Source: Saprolegnia diclina VS20 (Eukaryota). Taken from it: a stretch of 64,000 nucleotides of DNA. The notes under the pieces were generated by a model, which was given only the letters and a program-made list of their open reading frames with translations, had not been told where the DNA came from and searched no databases. Shown one piece after another: positions 23,311-32,922 of the stretch (position 1 is its first letter; each line of letters opens with the position of its first letter). Both the position numbers and the translations under genes were made by a program. Where the stretch lies: contig NW_008246080.1 in the NCBI RefSeq assembly GCF_000281045.1, forward strand, positions 319,844-383,843. Direction: 5' to 3'.

Positions 23311-24588
23311 CTAGTAGTGAAAGCAATCGGGTTGTGCCAGCACGCTATCGACGGTTCGGTCCAAGTGTTCAAAGTGATCGGTGGCGATCCACGCGGCCCG
23401 CTGCAGTAGGAAACGATTCATGTACTGTTCGAGTGACGATGCGTCAGCGAGTTGCGTCGCGTACTCGGCCACGCAGCGGTGGTACAGCTTTGGGTATAGA
23501 GTCTCGACATAGTCCAAAACGGACGCAAATGCCTGCCGCGGCTCGAGATGGTTAACGGTGCGAACCAAGCACGAGTTGGCCGAGATGCGCCGGATCTCAT
23601 TCCTAGTCTTTTGTGGTTAGGGCAAGCTCGGACATCCCAACATGCACTAAGATCTGATACCATTCTTGGTATTCTTCCGGGTCGCGGGGGCCAGGGTGGG
23701 CCTCGTCGAGCGAGATGGTGCGGTACGCAATGATGATGCGGTCGTCGTCCTTGAACCGCTTGTGGAAGACCTTTAAACAGTGGTCATGTATTTCACCCGA
23801 GGTCTCCAAGACATAGCTGCAGCGCTCCGACGACGTTACCTCGTCGTGCAGCACCTAGGGCAAGTTGTTTAAGCTTTCAAAATGGCCAAAGTGGACAGTA
23901 CCTGCATGCCGCCGCATTGAATGCCCGGAATCGGAAAGGCTTCGGTCGCCGACGCACAATTGGCTGCCCAGAGCGCCTTGGCAACGACCTCTTGGCTGGC
24001 TTGAATGACCTTCTGAACCACGAGCTTGCGCCCTCGGACGCCCCACTCGACCTTGATCGAGTCTTCGTACACGCATGGAAAAAGCCGCGGGCTCAACTGC
24101 GCCGACGTGCCGTGGTAGAGCTGCTTGGCGACCCAGTCGTAGCCCAGTTGGCGCGTCGACGCCTCGGCAACCAATGTCACGTCGAGCGACGCGCCGCGCG
24201 ACAAGTATCCGGGAAGTCGCTACAAAGTTTACGAAGGTTAGCAACACTAGACGACGCAGAAGCCCACATGCACCTCGGGCGTCTCCATGGTCTGAAACCA
24301 CCGGCGCAATCGCTGGACAAGGACATCTGCCTTGGTCACCTCTATGTGCAGCGCGTGGTTCTCGAGCAGGCTCCCCTCCGACGTCTCGCGCAGAGCGAGC
24401 GCAATGTCGCGCCAAGGGAGCAGCGTGCCCTTGATGGCAAAATACCGAAGCGTGAGGGCCTCGATCGCACTCTGCAGCAAATTACGCTCGGCGACGTACG
24501 CAAGGCGAGCCTTGCGCTTGGAGAGGCGGTCGGCGAGGAGCTGGCGCTCGCGGGCTGCGCTGCGGGTCGTCGTGGATGGCGTCTTCAT
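23311..24588 (-). CDS. Atypical (Asp-type) bZIP family protein, copy 4
   Basis: ADRLSKRKAR-x9-L-x6-L; LLPWRDIALAL; LGYDWVAKQL; IAYRTISLDE; YQEW|intron. Close paralogue of copy 5. Confidence 0.8.
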
Positions 24589-26597
24589 TGGATCGGCAAA
24601 ATGAAAATGACTGCAGGAAGCAAGGTCTGGCGTTGATACAGTGCCCAGATCCCAACGTCCCTAGGACCTTGTGTAAACGCGGAGCGGAACAATTTCAGTG
24701 AGCTGCACCGTCCCACGGCCACCCGAGTTCGCGCCATCTGTACTTGCTGTGGACACAGCGATCACGTCCAAGAGTGGTACTCGATTCAGAACAGCCGGAA
24801 GCGTGTTTGCTCGTCTCGGAAAAGGAGCGTGGACGAGTTGCACCGACGTTTTTACCACCGCGTGCAGTGCCGTTTGGGAACCACAAAACTGCTACGTTGT
24901 GCCACTCTGACAGGGACAGACCCCGATCATAGTCACGTCAAATTGATTTGACGGCACGCCACGATCCTTAAACCAGATCTAGTCGCCCAAAGGCGCCGTA
25001 GAGACGGACGAAGGCGTAGTACACTCCACTAGCTCGCTAATGGTACGCCTGGATCTTGGAATGACCACGCTGCGCCCATAAATGCCGACACCGCTACACC
25101 ACCGCCTCGCACGACAGGACTCGTCCCGGGATGATTCCGGCGGCAAGTTGAGTCGACCGCGTTCGCATCCTATGCCAGGTGGCCCATAGTGAACCTACTG
25201 CACGAAGCCATCCAGGTGATTGGTACCCCCTGGTAGCTAACGAGATGCAGAGTCCCACAGATTGACTCCGCACTCGGACAGAACAAAGTTCCATCTTCTA
25301 CTCTCTCAACACGTGTTGCAACGAGCTCGAAAAAAAATTCTGGCCGACATCGTTGAGCCGCTTGTGCCGTCCGTGCAACCTGCAGGCATTTTTATGTCGC
25401 ACAGCCCCCATTTTGTGGTTTGCAAAGTCGGGCATAAACGTTGAATCGACGGTCGATGATGACAATCTGGTCAGTGACATGGATCCTGGTATCGAGAATA
25501 TCAGTCGTGACGTCCCTCCACGCCAACCAATTCGACAAAGCTGCCCCTCTGGTTCTCTGGTCGGACCATTTGTGGGGCGACTTTGACTACATTGAGACGT
25601 ACGTCAGTTGCAATCGCAACGACTCGCGCAACAATCAACTGTAGGCAAAGAACTGCCTTGCGTTCTGCTACTGCTCAGCTTTGTGTACGTAGCCCCTTTC
25701 GTTCAAACCCTAGCCCTCGCGCAAGGGATCTCGTCCGAGGTTGCTTCCCAAGCGACAGTGACACCATTGCAAACACTTCATACACATAGCGTCAACGAGC
25801 TTATTTCCACACCATTCTCACTCAATTGTATTAGTGTACTGCCCATCGACGAGGTTCAGTTGAGGCAATATCTAGCTCCTGCCTCTTGTCGTCCTAAAAC
25901 TAGCAACTGTCACACAATTAGGCGATAACTCACCCCGAGCAAATTGAGCTCCGATGGCTGTTTTGTAGCGGAGAGTTCTTCAACGAGTGACTCGTCTTGG
26001 GATCCCTTGCGGAAGCCAAGAACGAGACACGTCACGAGCCATGCGGTACGTGCTAGTCCGCTGGATCAACCAACCTGATTCTATGAAGACACTGCGGTAT
26101 TCTGCGAAAAGCCTCTGCTATTGGGAGCACAAGAGGACTGAATTCGGACGCGTCGACTGTACCGTGCTTGCCACGCCTCGCGGCCTTGCCCGCAGGAGAA
26201 AGTGTGTCGCACGCACGCATGCGAGCACTTGGTAGAACGATGAATGCTGTTGCGGGATTGGTTTTGAGGTGCAGCGCGACTCTGCTGCGACCAACAGACG
26301 GATGTACGCGTCACCTGGCGACGTGTGCGAGCGTCACGAATATCTTGATCGCGCGATTCCTTCTTCCTACGGACTGGGTCGTGCGACTTGGAACTCGGGT
26401 GCATGGAGCAAACGAGCCGTACGTTTCTCGATTCCTTTCAAAATTTCACTTTGGGCGCGAGACCAAACCCTACCTTTGCATCTCTCCAAAAGCAGTGCGC
26501 CTGTAGAATCTATCCACACAGCGCCTTGACGTTGCCACAATGCTACATTTGAACCCAGCATAAAATCACTGCATTGCATAAAGTGTGAATCATCACT

Positions 26598-27852
26598 CTA
26601 ATATGGAAAGACATCGGGCTGCGCCAGCACGCTCTCCACCGCGCGGTCCAAGTGCTGAAAGTAGTCGGTTGCAATCCACGCCGCACGCTGCAGTAGGAAC
26701 CGACGCATGTGCTGCTCGAGGGACGCAGTGTCAGCGACCTGCGTCGCGTACTCGACGACCTCGCGCTCGTACAGGTCGGGGTACAGCGTCTTGACATAGT
26801 CGAGGACTGAGGAAAAGGCTGCATGCGGCTCGAGCGAGTTGACAGTGCGCAGTAGACACGAGGTGGCCGAGATGCGTCGGATTTCATTCCTACTCGAGAA
26901 TAAGTCGACCGCCGAAAGATGCACACAATTATGTATACCATTCGAGGCTCTCTTCGGGATCGCGGGGACCAGGGTGGACGTCGTCCCTCGAGATGGTGCG
27001 GTACGCTATGATGATGCGGTCGGGCTCATCAAACCGCTTATGAAAAGCTCGAGAGCAGTGGTCGCGCATCTCACTCGGGCAGTGAAACGTCTCTTTGACG
27101 TAGCTGCAGCGCTCGGTCGACGTCCTCTCGTCGTGCAGCACCTACAGCGCCATAGTTCGCCCTGAGCCCTGTTTCCAGAAAACGAACCTCTATGCTTCCG
27201 CGGTCCGCCTCGGGCAATGCATCGGTCGACACGGCACGGTTGGCAGCCCAGATCGCCTTGGCGACGATTTCTTGGCTGGCGTGGATGACCTTCTGCAGCA
27301 CGAGCTTGCGCCCTCGGACGCCCCACTCGACCTTGATCGAGTCTTCGTATACGTGCGGAAAGAGCCGCGGGCTCAGCCGCGCCGACGTGCTGTGGTAGAG
27401 CTGCTTACCAACCCAGTCGTAGCCCAGTTGACGTGTCAATGGCTCGGCAACCAGCGTCACGTCAAGCCACGCGCCGTCCGACACGTAGCCGGGAAGTCGC
27501 TACATCGTTCATGAGCTAAACCACCAAGATACCTATGCACCTGTGGCGCTTGCATAGACTGAAACCATCGGCACAGTCGCTCCACATTCCGAGCTGTCTT
27601 GCTCACTCGAGCGCGGAGCTCACGGTTCTCGACAATACTAGTCTCCGAGGTCTCGCGCAGCGCGAGTGCAATGTCTTGCCACGGGAGTTGCGTGCCCTTG
27701 ATAGCAAAATACTGAAGATTGAGGGCTTCGAGAGTGCTCTGAAGCGAACTGCGCTCGGCCAAGTATGTTGAGCGAGCTTTGCGCTTGGCGAGGCGATCGG
27801 CGAGGAGCTGACGCTCACGGGTAGCGCGGGGTGAGCTGGCGGATGTTCTCAT
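26598..27852 (-). CDS. Atypical (Asp-type) bZIP family protein, copy 5
   Basis: ADRLAKRKAR-x9-L-x6-L; LPWQDIALAL; LGYDWVGKQL; YEDSIKVEWGVRGRKLV identical to copy 4; IAYRTISRDD; LEW|intron. Confidence 0.8.
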
Positions 27853-28243
27853 GGGAACGACAAAGCGAAAATGAAGACCCGTCCGCTAGATATCGTTATG
27901 TGATCACGCTACGGATACTCGGCCTTCAAGGAAACGATTTAGGGAGCCAGAGCTTCGGACCACGTTCGCGTCGTTGGAACGACTTGATGGACGCAAGCAT
28001 CGCATGGCAGAGTAGCACTCGAGGCCAAACAGCCGGAGCGTGGTTTGCTCGACGCGGAACAAACTGTCGGCTGTCTTGCTCGGCAGGATTACCGCCATTT
28101 TTGTGGTCGTCGATGCTGCATCTCAGGTCGGAAACGGCTAGTACTTATCCTAGGGTCAACTGACACTAGTCATTATCGTAGCGTGCTATACACCGTCCAA
28201 TCGAACGCCGGGGCGGCGTGTCCTTGTAGCTGCTACTCCTCGT

Positions 28244-28772
28244 TGGAATGAGTTTATTGAGATATTATTTCCTACGCGGCCGTCTATGGGCGAGGGTTCG
28301 TATTTTTGGTGATTTGTTGTGGGAGGTTTTCCTTCGAGGCTACGTGAATAACGACGCCCTCTTGGCCAATCCCGAACGGGTTACGGCACGTCGGGCAGCG
28401 CGGGTACCGGGCCCTCACAGCCAAGTACCCACTCGGTCTCCAGCTCAAGCCGACGTTTGCCTGAGCCCACGACCAGCTCAAGATACCCTCACCCAACCAA
28501 CCTCTTATTTATCCGAACGTTGTATAGCCCCCTGAAGACTCGTCATTAGGCATGGACTGGGATGAAATAGTAGTATTTACAGTAAAACGTGAATATAGTT
28601 CCCTTTGACAACGGGTTACGGCACGGCGGTTCTTCCGATTGGGTACACCGCGCAGAGGCAGGAGGTCGGCCAATTGAATTTGCATGCGCGCAGCTGGATT
28701 TGAACCCGCTATCCGTTCGAGCTCGAATTTGGGTGGAACGCCTCGACCACTACACCAGGGGCCGACCCATCC
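28244..28772 (-). mobile_element. tRNA-derived SINE-like element (~530 bp) with 15-bp target-site duplication
   Basis: Exact direct repeat GCTGCTACTCCTCGT at 28229-28243 and 28773-28787. On the minus strand the 5' head has a Pol III A-box (TGGTGTAGTGG) and B-box (GGTTCAAATCC). The 3' end is AT-rich with AATAAA. Confidence 0.7.
28685..28765 (-). pseudogene. tRNA-like head (pseudo-tRNA) of the SINE
   Basis: A/B boxes and a T-arm (AGCGGG-TTCAAAT-CCAGCT) are present. Acceptor stem and anticodon arm do not form canonically. Confidence 0.55.
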
Positions 28773-29567
28773 GCTGCTACTCCTCGTCCACTAGCTTGGT
28801 TCGCTGTGCCTCCATGTGACGACTCTCGAACACCATCGACCAGCTGTCGTTGTGGCCCTGAGTAAGGTATCCCACGGATGAGCTCCACACAACGTTTCTC
28901 CTTTCACGCTCTGCTTGGCCACTTCAATGAAAAGACAGGCCGATTACAATCTCAAACCAGATCGATACTCCCACCAACAAAGCGCCACATGAGCTATGCC
29001 AAGAACGATGGCCCTGCCCCATAATGCCAAGTGTTTCAATGACGTTCAAATCACCAACCCTTTGTTCGTCAACGGTGACCTCTGATCGCCCTTCGGCGTC
29101 AAACGGGGTGTGCTCAAGGCGACCCGCTCTCGCCTAATTAATAGCACTTCGCGATGACGCTCGAACCGATGGGCTTTTAGCTCCGCAAGCACGAACGGAG
29201 TCGATTTTTCGAGACCAGGCAGTGGCTGATTGTCTGAAAGAGGTGGTCAAGGTGGGAGGGTCCACAAATTGCAAGTCTTGCCTTTTGGAGGGTACACTGG
29301 AAAATTGTATGTACGATGAAATGCCAACTTTTCGCGTCTATCTGGACGGCAGGTAACTCTACTTTTTGCGGCGCCTCGAAGTACCTCTTGCATTGCACCG
29401 CTGATGGCACGTCCGTGGACGCATATGTCCTTGTTAGTAGTCAGGAGCTAGATACTCTAGTTACAAAAGATTGCACCGACGACTCTAACCACTGCTCGCA
29501 TTCGTCGACTCTCGATGTGATGCAAGATCGTGGTCGTTTCAGCATTCGTGTCATTTTTAGCTTTATC

Positions 29568-30584
29568 ATGGGGTCGGCGCCGTCGTCCGAGAACCAAAAA
29601 GCCATCGTGCGCTATGCCAAGCGCGACTGCAGCGGCAGCGTCGACTACACCAACGTCATCTCGACCATGCCGGATGGGAGCGTGCTCAGCACGTGCACGG
29701 CGGGGTACTACACGGGCAAAGTCACGCCGCCGCCGTCGCAGTACGCGCCCGACACGATATACGCGACCATCTCGATCCCCGACATGGGCTCCACCGAAGA
29801 GGTCGTCGACGGCATCTGCGTCGCGGTCTCGCCGTCGGCCGACATTTATCTCAAGGCGTCGTGCTCGGCGCAGGACTTTGCCTACTACGGTGACGCCAAC
29901 TGCACGAACGTCATTGCGCTCGATGCAACGGCCGTGAGCATCGTCTGCGAGACGCCCAACCCGATCTCGTGGCCGGCCACCTCGACGCTCATCGGGCAGA
30001 CGTACGCGCACGCCAACTGCTCGGGCGAGACACTCTACGCAATCAACGTGGGCAGCGGCGGTATTCCGTACGACGTAATCCTGCCCCACCGAGCGTCCAA
30101 CGGACAGTGCAACGACGGCCATATCTACAACACGACCGTGTACCTCGAAACGTTTGGCATCAACGCGACGTACATGACGATCTCGCGGTCGTATATGACC
30201 GAAGTCGCGCGGGACCAGTCGTGCGTCTTTACAGGCGACAAGTATCTCAAGGCGTCGTGTGTCAATGGCACGTTTGCCTACTATAGCGATAGCGCGTGCG
30301 CTCACCCCGTGGATGTCCTTGAAGCGGGCGCTGTCTCGACCACGTGCGGTATCGTCTTCAACAACGTCACGTCGCCCAAGACAACGACACTTGTCGTCAC
30401 ATCCGGTGGCTCGGGCAGCGCCGTTGCCCTCATGCTCTTTTGCGTTCTCGTTGGTGGGCTGTTTGTGGGCTACCTTGCGTCGCACCGGCACCAAATCGTG
30501 GCGGCCGACCCGATGAAGAAGCAACTCAAGGCCGGCAAAATGAGCAAGTCGGAAGAAGATAGCGGTGCCACCGATGATGTCTAG
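29568..30584 (+). CDS. Cys-rich repeat protein (2 x ~125-aa repeats) with C-terminal TM helix and short tail
   Basis: Repeat pattern (D/N)CSG...C..G...Y(A/M)TI...EV....C...YLKASC...FAYY.D..C...C; many N-x-S/T sequons; TM AVALMLFCVLVGGLFVGYL. A TCATTT initiator-like motif lies 11 nt before the ATG. Confidence 0.75.
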   Translation: MGSAPSSENQKAIVRYAKRDCSGSVDYTNVISTMPDGSVLSTCTAGYYTGKVTPPPSQYAPDTIYATISIPDMGSTEEVVDGICVAVSPSADIYLKASCSAQDFAYYGDANCTNVIALDATAVSIVCETPNPISWPATSTLIGQTYAHANCSGETLYAINVGSGGIPYDVILPHRASNGQCNDGHIYNTTVYLETFGINATYMTISRSYMTEVARDQSCVFTGDKYLKASCVNGTFAYYSDSACAHPVDVLEAGAVSTTCGIVFNNVTSPKTTTLVVTSGGSGSAVALMLFCVLVGGLFVGYLASHRHQIVAADPMKKQLKAGKMSKSEEDSGATDDV

Positions 30585-30668
30585 AGCTTCTTATAAAGGG
30601 ACCACATTTCGTTCCAACTTTAAAGCATGTGACTTGGCGTCGCAGCGGTGCGATGGAGTGGGCGGTTG

Positions 30669-30703
30669 TTTAGGGCTAGGGTAGGGCTGGATCAGGGCTA
30701 GGG
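30669..30703 (+). repeat. Telomere-like (T/C)TAGGG degenerate repeat / potential G-quadruplex
   Basis: TTTAGGG CTAGGG TAGGG CTGGATCAGGG CTAGGG: five GGG tracts. Confidence 0.55.
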
Positions 30704-30763
30704 TAGTTACGGCCGAGCTAAGTTTAGCCGAAGACCGTGAAGGATTTTAGAAAAGCCAGCAAG

Positions 30764-32614
30764 ATGAGTGTCGTACGGTTCGACCATGCCGACTGTTCGG
30801 GCGCGGTCCTCTACACGAGCAGCCCTGGTCCAGTGGCGCTCACCAACTGCACGGACGGACTTGTGGCCAATGCCAATTTGACGCTCGACCAATACTTGCC
30901 CAATTTGCAGTACATGACGGTGCGCCACCCAGACGCGACGGTCGAGGTCGTTGTCAGTAGGCTCTGCGTCGGCACGGCACCCGCATCCAGTCCCCGCTAC
31001 GTCTATGCCGACTGCCACCGCAGCACGTTTGGCGCCTTTAGCGACAGCAACTGCACCCTACCCATGAACACGGCCAGCGGTCTCCACGCAACGTGTGATG
31101 TTCCATACCGCGTTGCCGCGTCGTTGGAATCCGGTGTCGAACTTCGTGCTGCGCTCTATGAAAATCCCGACTGCACCGGCGCCGTCGTGTGGACGACTAC
31201 CAACAGCTCGAGCGCCGGCGCCTCCGACACGTGCTCGAACGGCTTTCTCGCTGGTTCGCCGGATGCGCACCTGCTCTATCAAGGACACATGCGGTACATG
31301 ACGTTGTTGCAGTGGACCAATACCGAGATGCAAGTGCTCGACGGGCTGTGCACCGCTATCTCGACGACTGCGACGCCCCCGTACCTTCGCGTCGACTGCG
31401 ACAGTCTGACGTTTGGCTACTTCTCCGATGGCAACTGCACGTCGCCGATCGAAAATGCGTGGACTGCGGCGACGGCCACGTCAGCCATCGCTTGTCGGTA
31501 CGAGGCGAGCATCATCGACAACGCGGACGCAGCGCTCGTCCTCTACGTCACACCCGACTGTGCCAACGGCATTGTGTACGCAACGTCCAAGGTTTGGGGT
31601 GCTAGCAATGGCACCACCGCCGTTGCCCCGGGTGTTTGCGCCACCGGGTTTGTAGCCGGCGTGTCGGTGGCCGTCGACGCGTACTTGCGGAACGTGCAAT
31701 ACATGACGATCGACCACGCGGAGACTGGGTTCACTGAAGTTGTGGTCGATTCGGTCTGCATCCCGACGTCGACCAGCGGGTCCACCTACCTATTGACGGA
31801 CTGTTCGTCGGGGCAATTTGGCTACTTTTCCGACGAGAATTGCGTTCACGCCATGTACACGGGCGCCGAAAAGGCCACAGTTGTCTGCTCGGTGCTCCGC
31901 CCCACGTCCGGTGTCTGGCCGACGTTCGTCCATACACTACAGGCTTTAAGCAGCCCCTCTACGGATTGCAATGAGAGCGCCGGTGTTACGTATGCGATGA
32001 CCAACAACCCGAACGGTCTCCGGCTCGATGTACCCGTCTCGAGTGCCACCGGCGCCATGTGCGATGACGGCATCTTGACCAACGACGTGCTCTCCTCGAA
32101 GCATTTTGTCGCCAACGCAACCTACATGGTGCTACAGCACGCGGTGTTTACTGAAGCTGCGCTCGACCTTGTCTGTGTACCGGTGCCCAGCGGATTCCTT
32201 TATGTTGACTGCGCCGACGATGGCAGCTATGGCTACTTTGGTGACGTCGGCTGTACCATTCCGTTGACATTGACGCCCGAGCTGGTCGACGAGCTCGCGA
32301 TAACAAATGTGACGTGCGTCGTCTTGAACGCTGCGGTGGCGCCAACGACGCCGGCGAGCGCTGGCAATCGCACAACGAGCGCCGGTGCGACGCCATTGAC
32401 ACCGACACCGACGGCCAACACCCGCACCACCGCATCGTCGGCTGACACTACCGGGACCCACGGCGCCTCAATGTTTGCAGGGATCGCGGTCGGGGTGTTT
32501 TGCGTCGCGACGGTGCTCGGCGGCGCCGTCTACATGCAGCACAAGCGCAAACAACAGCTGCACAGTGTCCTGCACGATGTCAAGCCCGTGGCGGCCTCCG
32601 AGAGCAGTATCTAA
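30764..32614 (+). CDS. Cys-rich repeat protein (4 x ~125-aa repeats), Thr/Pro/Ala stalk, C-terminal TM
   Basis: Four copies of DC...C..G...YM...EV...C...Y..DC...(F/Y)G.F.D..C...C; TM MFAGIAVGVFCVATVLGGAVYM followed by HKRK. Confidence 0.8.
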   Translation: MSVVRFDHADCSGAVLYTSSPGPVALTNCTDGLVANANLTLDQYLPNLQYMTVRHPDATVEVVVSRLCVGTAPASSPRYVYADCHRSTFGAFSDSNCTLPMNTASGLHATCDVPYRVAASLESGVELRAALYENPDCTGAVVWTTTNSSSAGASDTCSNGFLAGSPDAHLLYQGHMRYMTLLQWTNTEMQVLDGLCTAISTTATPPYLRVDCDSLTFGYFSDGNCTSPIENAWTAATATSAIACRYEASIIDNADAALVLYVTPDCANGIVYATSKVWGASNGTTAVAPGVCATGFVAGVSVAVDAYLRNVQYMTIDHAETGFTEVVVDSVCIPTSTSGSTYLLTDCSSGQFGYFSDENCVHAMYTGAEKATVVCSVLRPTSGVWPTFVHTLQALSSPSTDCNESAGVTYAMTNNPNGLRLDVPVSSATGAMCDDGILTNDVLSSKHFVANATYMVLQHAVFTEAALDLVCVPVPSGFLYVDCADDGSYGYFGDVGCTIPLTLTPELVDELAITNVTCVVLNAAVAPTTPASAGNRTTSAGATPLTPTPTANTRTTASSADTTGTHGASMFAGIAVGVFCVATVLGGAVYMQHKRKQQLHSVLHDVKPVAASESSI

Positions 32615-32922
32615 GACTCTCGGGCGTTGCAGTCAAGGACGCTTCTATAGCCTCTTATCAACACGAACTAGTAGTATATCCTTTAGACATATATAATCTG
32701 TAGACACTACCGCTGAGCTCTTGGTGTCGTCGTGCCCAGGTGGGTCGGTTTTTAGCTTGGCGGCTTTTCAACCAATCCAAACCCATCTCGCTCTCGATTG
32801 GCTACAATATGTCAGATTTGGCGTTGATTGGGTAGAGCGGTATCTTGTCGCGTGTTCTATTTTGACGGTGGTTTCCGTTGCACAACAGAAGCGTTTTCAG
32901 CTCAACGACCTTTCTACTAGAC

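Noticed and set aside
24900..26540. Short ORFs between bZIP copies 4 and 5 as a transposase remnant
   Set aside because: No DDE/RT/integrase motif, terminal repeats or TSD could be identified by eye.
28685..28765. Functional tRNA gene
   Set aside because: Acceptor stem and anticodon loop cannot be formed canonically, and it lies within a TSD-flanked element.
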